Made by a program: the position numbers and the translations under genes. Shown here in pieces: positions 24,538 to 36,815 of a stretch of DNA of 64,000 bases. Source of the stretch: Balanoglossus misakiensis (taxonomy: Eukaryota; Animalia; Hemichordata); assembly GCA_040954595.2 (NCBI GenBank), contig CM082587.2:7801705-7865704 (forward strand), read 5' to 3'. The first letter of the stretch is position 1, and every line of letters starts with the position of its first letter. A model generated the notes under the pieces. That model was not told where the DNA came from, searched no databases, and was given only the letters and a program-made list of their open reading frames with translations.

Positions 24538-24787
24538 GACCAGCGTGGCATCACTTGGAAAACAAGATCGTATTTTGACCTCTGGGGGATAGTATTACCT
24601 CCACGCAGAACAGAACGGTTAGTCACACAGTCCAACGGATAACTCCGAATTCGTTTTGATTTGACCAGCGTGGCATCACTTGGAAAACAAGATCGTATTT
24701 TGACCTCTGGGGGATAGTATTACCTCCACGCAGAACAGAACGGTTAGTCACACAGTCCAACGGATAACTCCGAATTCGTTTTGATTT
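24538..24787. repeat. Tandem duplication of a 125-bp unit
   Basis: GACCAGCGTGGCATCAC...TTTTGATTT repeated at 24538-24662 and 24663-24787. Confidence 0.92.
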
Positions 24788-25014
24788 GTTGTGCCCCGGA
24801 GAAGTGTACCACATTTTTGCAACGATGCATGGACTGTGTACACTCCGTACATATTTTGCTAGAATCGTCAAAAATTGCATTATTCCTTGTCAATTCACCA
24901 AGAAATTGATGTCGTCAAATAAGAGCTACAAAAAAAATGATAGATATACATACGCCAGTTCTACACAATCTTCGCCATTGGGGTTCCATAGGCCGCCATT
25001 GTTTGGGACTTTGC

Positions 25015-25278
25015 ATAAAGAGGCAGTGAAAACTGGAGACCTACACATTAACCAAACACGGAGCTGAAAATTTAATAAATACATATTAATAAGACCAAAA
25101 CTACACGGTCCTGCATATTGAGGCAGTGAACACTGATGGACCAGACCTACACATTCACCAATCAGGGAGCTGTATGGTGAATAAATACATGGTAATAAGA
25201 CCTAACCAACTTTGACCTAACCTACAAGGTCCTGCATAATGAGGCAGTGAACACTGGAGGACCAGACCTACACATTGG
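25015..25278. repeat. Three imperfect ~100-120-bp tandem units
   Basis: GAGGCAGTGAA.ACTG...GACCTACACATT recurs at ~25020, ~25120 and ~25241. Confidence 0.75.
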
Positions 25279-25336
25279 CTCTGACAGTCTTCCTATTCTG
25301 GTGCAGTCGTCTGCGAACCCTGGGCACGAAAATGTC

Positions 25337-28300
25337 ATGGCATCTAGTGAAGAACTACCCGTGGTAGATTTTTCTGCCTACAGTTTAGACCGCAGTACTC
25401 CCGACAGTGAGAAATTTCAGAATCTCGTCGATGGAGTACATGATACTTTAACGTCGATCGGTTTCCTGTATCTGTCGAACCATGGCATTCCACAAGTGGA
25501 GGTAAGAGTCCAAATAACCCTCTTATAATAATTCCACGCGGGGACACGAAACTTTGAATTGACAAAAGCCACAGTGTCCCATTGTGTCGTCTCTAAGATC
25601 ATCATGCAAGGACGTTCTGATGACCTTGGAGAAGACAGAGGTCGCCATTATCGGGTCGCGTGAAAACATGCACTTCGTATATATACAGCTTATGTAGTAC
25701 GCGAAACGTTTTGTGCACATTTTGGTCAAAATAACGTTCGGCACTGCCATAGAGTCCGGTGAGAATTTATATTCTGGTAATGAATGCCTCTCGATCGCTG
25801 GCGTTGATCCCAGATGGCGAACGATAAGGCTAGTAAAGTTAAAATGTGAGGACGTTGACCCTATGTAAGGTCAAAGACATCGACTTCTGGCCTTAGTGGC
25901 CAATGTGGGTATGAATTTTTAAATATAACATGAAATATAGATATAATGTCTTTAAAAATCTCATCCCATAACTGTCTAAGGCCAGGTAGGATAAGGTTGA
26001 TATAGTTGTATACGTGTATGTATGGTGGGGAACACCATCTGACATGCAGCCAAAATTAAATCGTTATTTATAGTGGCACGATTTGAATTGTATTGGTTTT
26101 CGCCATGAATATGGTACACGGGTCTCCAGTACAAATTTAAAGAACAAAAACTAATCTATTTTAAACGATTTTAAGGAGGACGGAGATCATTCTCACACCG
26201 ACTCACCGCGCAAACGCGTTCTGCTGTCTGTGGCACTGTTTCGCGTGAAGCAGCTTGAAACAACACCACTACCAGCGTTATCACGTATTTGACAATAACT
26301 ATGAAACATCACGTTCAAGAATTTAATTTGAATTGAGGCTCCAGGCCATCAACAATAACAGAAGTGAGAAAAACAAGATGGCGATTGTGTTTTCTCCTCC
26401 CTTGTGCATCGTCAAATCGAAAGTAGTTCCGGTTAAATTCCTGCGATAGTGATGATTCTGCGCGATGCGGCCCACTACGTCATCAATGAGTTCCATTAGA
26501 ACCAACGTATGGCGAGATTGTTGATGTTTAAGGCATGATTTTTTTATTATCATGACCAGAAATGAATGGGGCGAAGGAAACCATGTCAAAATAGTTAAAC
26601 GCGCCTAGAGGATGTTTGTCGTCCAAACGACTTCATGTTAGACGGTCACAGGTTGTATATACAGTATATAAAACGTCGCCATGCCCAGGACTCTCTGCAG
26701 TTTGCAACGTGGCATACAAAACTGTGGAGCATAGAATAATGGTAAACTCATTCTAACCAGTGCAATTATCTATCCTAATTTCTGTGAGAATTTTTTACTT
26801 AAATGTATAACTTTAGGGAACAGTTCGCCTGGTACGTAATTTTCGCGACTTTGCTGCGTACTTACGTGCAGCTAAGACTTTCATACTCGCGGATACCCGA
26901 TTTTCTCTGTAATTATTATGTATATGATTCATTTACAGATTGACAACGTGTTTTCACAATCAAGACAATTCTTTGAGCTCCCAAAGGATACTAAAGTAAA
27001 ATACGCCAGAGCAGAAACTGCATCAGACGTAACTGGATATATTGAACCCGGGATATTACGGTGAGTGAAAGTTCATATGAAAGCGTGTCACCGGTACACC
27101 ATGTTCTCGGATAATTTTTAGATGCTATCAAAGCACTGTTACACATAAGTGAAACCAGAAATTACAAAATGTAATCGTATGAAATCATTACAGAGCCAGG
27201 AAGAAGTTATTTTGGCAACTGGTATATATTCTACTGTTCTTTCTTCATAGACCTAACCCCAAAAGACCCGGAGATTACAGGGAATGCTTTAATTTTTCTC
27301 TGGGGAAACCACAAAAGGTAAGGAATAGCCAAATTGCTTAGTTGCTTCTATGTGAAACGTCGATGAAAAATAGTACATCCTTCAAATACAAATGCAAAAC
27401 ATCGTTTAGGGTTTCGGAGCACACATGTTTCGTATATGGACCAAACGGTGATATCTACCCATGCCTTGTGTATACATACTGTATATGCGCATATCACACT
27501 TCTCTCGCGTGACCAAGCCTTTCAGTTTGTTTGTTTTAACGCCTCACACAAAGAATCGGCTTGAATCAAATCAGTAAATGTTACATTATTTTATGTTATA
27601 TACCTCGCGTCTCCTTCACATGCTTGTTTCCGATATGCGTTGAGAATTGGTCTTACATGCAAAAAAACAAATGAATATTTCATACTGTGCATTTCAGCCA
27701 TTATAGCAAAGTACTTGGTAGGACAATTTATGAATGCGACTGCCTGACTTATTTTACCGCAGCAACATTCATTTGACTGCAAAATAGTATGTGTCATATC
27801 TCAGAAAATAAAATCTGGTGAGAAACGTGAGTCATCTATAAGTAAAAGTCAGTTACCTTTTTCAACCTGTTATAGAAGACACCCAATGAAGACTTGCCCG
27901 GATTCAGGAATGCTCTGTTAACCTTCTCCGATAGATGTACAACGCTTGCTGATCGTGTGCTGGAGGTGATTGCTAGAGGGCTGAAGATGGAGGTATTTAA
28001 GTGTTGTCTTTTTATACCAGTTTCAGTCAATTTCATCTTTGGCTTTTCAAGCGAGGGAAGTGCGTGTTTGTAAAACGATGTACTAGTAATGGACTTTCCA
28101 ATACTACAATGACGTCCAATGGCCTTCTCACAGCAACACGGTATCCATATACTTTGAAAGTTTTCGGGATAGTTTGCATAGTCGGATAAATACAATTTGC
28201 GTAGGTTAACTTGTGCTAATTACGCGCATTTTGTTGTGGGTTCGATTCCAAGCCATTTCCAGTGGAAATCATGCAGTCTTTATACTCTGCGTGGACGTGA

Positions 28301-29711
28301 TTATCTAAACTTCCAGAGACAATATAATGAAACTGGCACCAAATTGTTTTTTTTCAGGATCCCTATTTTTTCGTGAAAGCACACCAAGGATCACCGAATT
28401 CTGAAACGTATCTGAGATGCGCATACTATCCTCCTGTACCTGAAAACATGGAACTCAAACCTGGTCAGATCCGCTGTGGAGAGCACACTGATTTTTGTGC
28501 CTTGACACTGCTCTTTCAAGATAACCAAGGTGGTTTGGAGGTACATACGGGCGTTTGTATGACCGGCTCATTAAACAAAAAGGGGGGAGGGGTTCTCAAG
28601 AACGATATTTCTCTTGGAAGGTTGGGTAGCCAATATACGTTGTTTTCACCAAGCATAAATCACGCGATTTACTATAGGTCTCATCGAACAAGCATGAGTC
28701 AATCGGAACTGAACAAAAAAACAAAACAAAACGAAAAAATGAGCACCAGTTAAAAAAATTGAAATTTGACAGAATGCACGGGTGGGGGGTTGTCAACAAG
28801 TAGAACTATAATAGAAACCACAAATGACAACACATCACATTCTGTCTGTTATGCGTATCGTATCTGTTCAGACAAGAGACCGTATCCTAATTAATGCCAG
28901 AATCATACCTTTGCTCATCAAATGCTTCGACAATGGAGCAGCTAGATAATTGTACGTGCGATCGCAATAGCGGATTTCTCTGAAACATTGGCGTATAGAT
29001 TTTGTGCTTTGCTATACTCAAGTATCGATTGAACTGCATACATCTTCTTGATATTGTAAGCCTAATGCTACTAAATGAGTTATGTGACATTGGCAGTCAG
29101 CCAACTTACATGCTACGTTGCAGACACAGCGCTCGTGTACACGTATACGCATTTTTCTGGCTGAAAATGGACAGCTAATGTGTGTAGAAAACACTATTTT
29201 GACATTGTTAGCACTCCTGGCCATTGAACTGACCAAGAGGTAAAATTGAATCTAGTCACTATGTAATTATGAGTACATCTGGCTTGTATTTTAAATGTTT
29301 ATGTTGTGTTACAGGTCAAAACAAAAAATGGCGAGTATATTGCAGCAATGCCAAAAGAAGGAACTATAATTGTGAATATTGGGGAGTTACTGCAGAGATG
29401 GACCGCAGATAAGTTGCTTTCAAATGTTAGTAAATTACTCATATTCATATTCCAATTGATGATATACAATCACTGTTGCTTGCATTCTAAGATCTGTACA
29501 TGAATGTAATCCGCCCTCAATTCAATTACAGATGCACCGAGTCGTTGTTCCCGAATCCGAGGCCAGACATTCTCCCAGACAGTCGGTGGTCTTTTTCTAC
29601 AGTCCCCCTTCCTCTTACGTCATCAGATGTATTGACGGCAGTGACAGATACCCTCCAATAACGTGTGGCGAATATCTTCGTCAGGGGTTTCAGAAGGTCC
29701 ATAGCTATTGA
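25337..29711 (+). CDS. 2OG-Fe(II) dioxygenase, IPNS/DIOX_N family, copy 2 (~314 aa); exons 25337-25501, 26939-27060, 27251-27317, 27876-27992, 28358-28540, 29315-29425, 29532-29711
   Basis: Same intron positions as copy 1; HTDFCALTLLFQD, HRV and RQS motifs; intact 945-nt frame ending GFQKVHSY*. Confidence 0.92.
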
Positions 29712-30424
29712 GAGGGAGTTCACATTCAAAAACGTGTATAGTTCCACGGGAGTTGTTCGGCGGAGAGTATGATTTTCTCCAGAATTCTCCCTACCTTAAA
29801 TAGGTTTTAAGCTACCTAAGTCAGTGACGAAAATCTCATATGGTCGACACAATTTCAAGATGGCCGATTTTTGCCATGTTTAAGAAATGGGAGTTCATAA
29901 GCTAAAATGATGATGGGTCATTCTGAAACTTTTCAACAGAAAAAATAACAAAATGTGAAAAGGGTTTAATGAGTTTAATATGGTAACTACACAGACAAAC
30001 ATGTTTGACCCAAGGAAGTCATGAAATACAGTAAACATACCATTTCCTCTAGCTCTTACTACAGTGGGTTGACGACTTTTCACCCACAATGCAATGTGAT
30101 TTGACCCCCTAGCGCACGTGTCAAGGGCCCAGTAGTGGAACGGTGCGAAGCCGGTGCACGTTTCTGCATTAATAATGCAGAAGGATAAGTACATGTTAGG
30201 AACTACAAATTTGTAACTGAAAAGATTCGGATGGTTTTGCACATAATGTTTTACACTGACCCAGCTTTATTGCAGTTCTGTGCTCGTTGAGGGCATCGCA
30301 TTTATGCTTAGTTTATTATTATCCATATACATGTACTTTATTGTTCCATGACGCCCATGTGCTGCTCATCCACACATACACTGATAGAGCACCAAGTGTC
30401 CTTGACACTATTTTTATACATTAG

Positions 30425-30605
30425 ATGTATACGGTCACCTATTGAAAATTAGCTATGGTTACCATGGCAAATTGAGATCTAGCCAATCACTGATTTTCAA
30501 TGGGTGGCACACGCGAAAAAAGAGCGCCACCATCTGTTCTTTAGAACGCCCAAATACGCCTTTTCAGCCATATATGGGCGTGTGTAAATTGGAGGTGACT
30601 GTATA
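30425..30605. mobile_element. Short TTAA-type MITE (family K2); right TIR interrupted, with its last bases at 31790-31800
   Basis: Aligns with the intact copy at 58688-58876 (TATACGGTCACCT...AGGTGACTGTATA|CCTTTAA). Confidence 0.75.
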
Positions 30606-31789
30606 GGGCAAAGCTGTATTAACCGCCATCTTGAAAACCGCATTGCATTGTGGGACGACTGGGGGGGAGTACCTGAAGACCCATAGCATTGTAATGTAGA
30701 CATCTACCGAGACACTCTATTCCTCCAAACGTTTTTTTTTCCGACAAACTCTCAGATTTCAGTTCTAATAGCCGTCTTCTGTTCTGAAAAGTATTATTAT
30801 TATCGTCGAGCCGTTCCAGAAGATTTTTGAGGATCCAACAATAGCGGGTGTTGCCATTATTCATTGGTATTAAGTGCTGTTGCTATGTGTTTGACAAATT
30901 CGTCAAGAAGAAAAAAAGCGTGAACGGCTTCATTATAATGCAAGCCAAGCTGTGAAAATAGTAAGGCCAGCCATGAAAGCGTCCTTTCAAGCTTTTCGTG
31001 ACACCGACGTAGAAGGGTATGAAAAACTAGAATTTCAACACATAATGGAGATCATTGCAATCGTTTTTGGTCTAATTTGTTTTATTTTCGTCTAATAAGA
31101 CTTAGTGAAATTAGTCTTTGAAAGGACGCTTTCATGGGTGGCCTTAATTTTCACCGTGACAGCTTGGCTTGCATTATAATGAAGCCGTTCACGCTTTTTT
31201 TCTTCCATCTCCACATTCACTTACTGGTTTACAAAACAAAACAAAAACAGATTTGAAAGAGAAACTTCTTGCTAATCAAAATTTAATGCAAAAAATTCTT
31301 TTCATTTTTGTGCATGTTTCAGAGCGGTTTGGACAGTTTTTTTGAAAAGGAGGCGTGGCATGTTCATCTGTAATCCGAGCCAAGTAATCAGCATCAGCTT
31401 CTGGTCATACTTTATGGAAAGTTTGTTATTTTTAGTTATTTTACAGTTATTGTAATTGTGTCACGAAAATTCTACTTGAACGTATTCAGAAACGAATTTG
31501 TCAAACACATAGCAACAGCACTTAATACCAATGAATAATGGCAACACCCGCTATTGTTGGATCCTCAAAAATCTTCTGGAACGGCTCGACGATAATAATA
31601 ATACTTTTCAGAACAGAAGACGGCTATTAGAACTGAAATCTGAGAGTTTGTCGGAAAAAAAAACGTTTGGAGGAATAGAGTGTCTCGGTAGATGTCTACA
31701 TTACAATGCTATGGGTCTTCAGGTACTCCCCCCCAGTCGTCCCACAATGCAATGCGGTTTTCAAGATGGCGGTTAATACAGTTTTGCCC
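30606..31789. mobile_element. 1.18-kb foldback element with ~300-bp TIRs and TATA TSD
   Basis: TATA-GGGCAAAGCTGTATTAACCGCCATCTTG...CAAGATGGCGGTTAATACAGTTTTGCCC-TATA, with a second internal IR at ~30910-30990 / 31120-31205. Confidence 0.92.
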
Positions 31790-32114
31790 TATACCTTTAA
31801 CCACCGGGCTTGACCTCACATGACATTTGATCACGTACGTGTACCTTAATCTAAGGTTGCTAAAAATCAATGGCTACGATTGTGATAACAATGTTATCGC
31901 AGGTCGATTGTACTTTGTAAAACTGCAAAGTTTAATTAGAAAACACTGATGCCAAAAAAGCTTAAGGACAACTGCAGTCGACAGACAGACTGAAGGATTC
32001 AGCCGCGTGTTGTTGGTCCTGCACTCCCCCGATCTTCCGCGCCCCGCGTAGGACTGAATGTGGAAGCAGGCTATTCCGAGTGTTGTATATCTGTTCACTG
32101 TATGGTAGGACAAC

Positions 32115-35100
32115 ATGTGTTTAATACGAGGCGCAATTATTACAGCAGTTCTGGCTGTGGCCTTATCCTCATCTGACGCCATTACGATCGGCGAAGATGG
32201 CATCTGTGAAATCGGCGGCGAGCCGGAACCATGGGAGATCAACTGTGTCGAGGATCTGCCGATGTTCGCCCGTACACAGTGCGGAAGGGTCGAAGGTCGG
32301 AAGAAGAACGGCGTTTACGCGTTCAAGGGCATTCCCTACGCCAAACCGCCGGTGAACGAGCTGCGATGGAAACGCCCCGTTTCGCTGGCGGAAAGCGGTA
32401 GCTGCTGGGGCGGCACTTTCAAAGCTTTGGAGTTCGGCCCGTTTTGTGCCCAAAATCACCCCTCGTGGGGGGTCATTGGGGAAGAAGATTGTCTCCACTT
32501 GAACGTGTACACGCCTTCACTGGACCCGTCTCGTGACCTGCCTGTCGTGGTGTGGATACATGGCGGGTATTTGATGTTTTCCGGTTCCTCCGAGGTCGGT
32601 TACCATCCCAACGAAACAACTGTGGCCGACACCGGTATGGTGTACGTGACATTCAACTACAGACTGAATGGTTTCGGTTTCCTAGCTCTGGACATTTTAT
32701 CTGAACAGTCGGATACCCTCACTTCTGGAAATTACGGATTTATGGATCAAATCCTGGCGTTGGAGTGGGTGCGAGATAACATCAAGAACTTCGGTGGAAA
32801 TCCTAAATTGGTAACGGTGATCGGAAACAGTTCGGGAGGCACATCGGTGATGGCGCTGTCCGTCTCCCCGCTAGCCAAGGGGCTTTTCCACCGAGCGTGG
32901 ATGTCCAGTGCCTCGCCGCTTTTCGAGATTACACTGGCGGAGGCTGCCAGGGCCAATGTAGTGTTCTTAGAAAGATCCAACTGCAGTGACCTGGAGTGCA
33001 TTTATTCTCTGACGCCGGAGCAAATCATCCAAGCTAACCCGACCGATGTCTACCCGTACTGGGGATCGCCCAATACGGCCGGCTTGCCGCTCAAGGACTT
33101 CAAGGATGGCGCACTGTGTGTGATAGATGGTGTTGTCGTTCCCCTTGACCCCCTAACTGCATGGAAAGAAGGGAAGGCAAACGACGTACCGTTGGTTATA
33201 GGTAATGGCATTTTTATTTGCTGATGATTGTTTATCAACTGATGCAAAAAACAAACAAAAGCTATGAAAATACGCCTAGTCTGTCGCCCAGTGACACCAA
33301 TCGGAGAATGGTATCACCCACACCATGGTGGGCGGAAGTTGGTCCTGGCACTTTTTTTCCCATGATTCAAATTACAGTAAACGCCATATTGGAAATTCTG
33401 CCAACTTTCCCTCGATTTTGTAAAAAATCGCGCGACCTATACATGGCGAATATGTTTTTTTTTCTGAAAGAGTGTCATCAAAGCTACCAAATTATGTAGA
33501 AATCAGCTACGCCGGATTTCCCCTTTAATTGTGTGGAATTATCTCCTAACCAGATTGCGGTGGGACGTCACATAACCTTAAAGGGGAAATCCGTCGTAGC
33601 TGATTTCTACATAATTTGGTAGCTTTGATGTCACTCTTTCAGAAAAAAACATATTCGCCATGTATAGGTCGCGCGATTTTTTACAAAATCTAGGGAAAGT
33701 TGGCAGAATTTCCAATATGGCGTTTACTGTAATTTGAATCATGGGAAAAAAGCGCCAGGACCAACTTCCGCCCACCTTAGTGTGGGTGATACCATTTTCC
33801 GATTGGTGTCACTGCGTCACAAGCTAAGCGTATTTGCATATTTTCCATGGGTTATAGCTCATGAAAACTGTCAATAGATGACAAATTTTCGACTTTGCTG
33901 ATGATTGTTTATCAACTGATGCAAAGAACAAACAATAGCTATGAAAATACGCCTAGTCTGTCGCCCAGTGACACCTATCGGAGAATGGTATCACCCATAC
34001 CATGGTGGGCGGAAGTTGGTCCTGGCGCTTTTTTTCCCATGATTCAAATTACAGTAAACGCCATATTGCCAACTTTCCCTAGATTTTGTAAAAAATCGCG
34101 CGACCTATACATGGCGAATATGTTTTTTTCTGAAAGAGTGACATCAAAGCTACCAAATTATGTAGAAATCAGCTACGACGGATTTCCCCTTTAAAGGTAC
34201 ATGAGCTGCAACTGGATAAAAAAATTAAGTTTCAAATAATCCCGTATATGCTTTTAATTGTGTCTATTAAATGATATTTCATGATAGCATATCAAGATCA
34301 ACACTTATTTATGACAAAATGGCCAAAAATTAGACGAAAATCGAAAATTCCTGCAATTTCTCTCTCTCCCCTTGCCTCCCTCCCTCCCTCGCTAATACCG
34401 CCCCCTTCGCAAACAAGGAAAGGTGACACGGTTAACTTTTAAGATTATTCTCACATAAAAGCGTCTTGTTTTTTTTTTTTCTTCCAGACTTGGGTTTGTA
34501 GGTCTAAACCATTACGCAATTATGGATATTAAAGAAAACATACATTGTAGATCTGCAAAATCAGTCCATAACTGCTCATTGGAAGCTGAGATATATCTCC
34601 AAAAGAGAGCATTTTGATATCACATTTAAAGGCCGGTGCGGAAAGTCCTGGGGTTCGGATTAACATGTGTTTGTATAGTTGTTTATTTGGGAGTGGTCGT
34701 CGTGCATAATGACTGTGTAATTGCTCTCATGTACACAGAAAATAATTGAACACTTCACACCTCCACGCGATTGACAGCTGTTTGAATGGCGTGGTTATTG
34801 TTTCCCAGGGACGCTTCTGAAAAGCACTGAAACCAGATTTCTCCCAAAATCATCGTTGTTTCATAAGCTCGTGTACTTTTTCGTCGATAACTTTATGTTG
34901 TGTGTGTTTATAAAGCCAACTACTGTCGTTGTGTGGTGTAATTCTTTATGCTTGGACCTGTTTGGGCCGATTTTCATAGAGCCAAGATCGTTGGTGTTGT
35001 CTGTTGTCAGTCAAACGGCATTAAGATTCGCCACTGATTTGGGGGGGGGGGTCTTTTATACCCCGCACCGGGGTTTAAACCTTTCCAGAAAATGCACCCA

Positions 35101-36328
35101 TTAAGAGACTGAATACTGACAGCCACACGACCGAGGCAGTTAATGATATTGTTTGAATTTCTGGTACAGGTACTACAGCCCAGGAAATAGACTGGTTACC
35201 GCACACGTTAGACTTGCCGGATTGGACATGGAATCAGTACGAGGATTACGTTCACGGTGAGTTGAATGGAAACCGAACAGTCACTCCAATTTAACTATAG
35301 ATTTCCTGAGGCGAAAACCAGAATTCTAAAATGCGATCTTGTCATATATAATCATATATAATACACGAAATTAACAGAACTCATTGGTTAAATTGTGATA
35401 ATTATTTTGATTGTATTACGCCAAAGATATTAGCAATTTCACTTTTCTTTTTGATCTGTCTCTTGGTATGGGTTTTAAAAATCTCATTAGACCAAAGCAA
35501 CTACATGTACATGTACCTGTTTTGTGCACGCATGCCATACGCTCACAAGTTTCAAAATTTCAATGGTTTTCTCGGAGTTTTTCCGTTTTATTCCGCTAGT
35601 TTTCAGGTCAAAGTATTCAGGTATATAAGTAACAAAAAGAAGATGCATATGCAAATTCTGCCCCACATTGATTCTTCCGGCAGTGTCCTCACAATTTTGT
35701 GAAATGCACCGCCATAATTTGTTCATTTTCCAATCATATTTTATTTTCAAAACATGCAACAGATTCACTTCATTTCCTTTTTTTTTTGGAAATGTGTTTT
35801 GTAGAACGGCTGGATCCGTTTGGAGCGAACATCACGGAGCAAGCACTGTCACTGTACTCCTACGATGAACATATTGATAACCCCGAGCTAGTTCTGACGA
35901 CGATGATCAGCGATGCCATCATCAACTGCGGGGCTGCTCTGGTCGCCGAACAAGCCGCGCAGTCCTTGAAATCGCCGGTGTATCGTTATGTGGCAACGTG
36001 GTGGCCATCGGAACCGTTTTCGACATTCGGAATGCCCTGGAAACCTCGCTACGCGTTCCACACGTCGGAAATGCTGGCGTTTTTCGGCTTTCTCCCGCAT
36101 TTTGTTTCCAATCCAACGCAGGACGACAGGGATTTCCAGCGACTGGTGCAAGGAGCCATCACGCATTTCGCCAGAGAGGGCGTCATGCCGCCAGAGTTCA
36201 ACTGGCCCGAAGAACCGACGGGGATGGTCGAGATCGGGAGCGAAGTGGCAGCTCGTCAAGGGTACCACGAAAATCAGTGCAAATTATGGATGGAAAATGG
36301 ATTTTACGCCTATTCCTGGATCAATTAG
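32115..36328 (+). CDS. Secreted type-B carboxylesterase (alpha/beta hydrolase); exons 32115-33201, 35170-35256, 35805-36328
   Basis: Signal peptide; FKGIPYAKPP, EDCLHLNVYTP, WIHGG, NYRL and GNYGFMDQ motifs; nucleophile GNSSGG, acid GTTAQE, His in YAFHTSE; phase-1 introns keep the frame. Confidence 0.93.
33218..33524. mobile_element. Right-half copy of MITE family K3
   Basis: Near-identical to 33895-34190; ends GGATTTCCCCT-TTAA. Confidence 0.85.
33582..34190. mobile_element. TTAA-flanked foldback MITE (family K3, Kolobok-like), ~250-bp TIRs
   Basis: TTAA-AGGGGAAATCCGTCGTAGC...GCTACGACGGATTTCCCCT-TTAA. Confidence 0.9.
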
Positions 36329-36815
36329 AAACTTAATATTTTTCTTGCTCACCAGTGTAATATGTTAAGGAGCAGAATACTTCAACAATCAACTCCAAAT
36401 CAACACTTCTGAATATCATGAAAGCGATCGTATTCGACGCTCAGTGACTTCCCTGTTGATATTATTTCCATCCTTAACCTGGATTCACATTCCTTTTGCA
36501 AAGTGCTCGCCGTCCGTGCATCGTTTTGCTTAACAGGCCATTAGCCACAAGTTCTGAACTATTTTCGCACATGTTCCTTTCCACACAAAAAAAACACATT
36601 CAAGATGAAACATGTCATTAAGTTTTAATTCTTTCGTTCATATCTTGTTGTATACTAGTATTACCATAACACTTGGTTACACAAAAATGAAAACGAGTAA
36701 TAAAAAAAAATAATTGTGTCTCTGTTACTTGTTCTGCGGACTTTGATCGCGTTGTGCCACCGGATTGATAGACCTCGCCAATCTGATTAAAATCAGATGA
36801 GTTTGTGATTTCTGT

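Noticed and set aside
24538-25278. Repeats as a CRISPR-like array
   Set aside because: Eukaryotic context; units are 100-125-bp tandem copies without unique spacers; no cas genes.
28230-28260. GGTTCGATTCC as a tRNA gene
   Set aside because: Isolated B-box-like motif with no cloverleaf.
30619-31776. Two identical 81-aa ORFs on opposite strands (MNNGNTRY...)
   Set aside because: They are the two TIR arms of the foldback element; no coding hallmarks.
33218-34194. Three similar ORFs (...FFPMIQITVNAIL...)
   Set aside because: MITE arms inside esterase intron 1.
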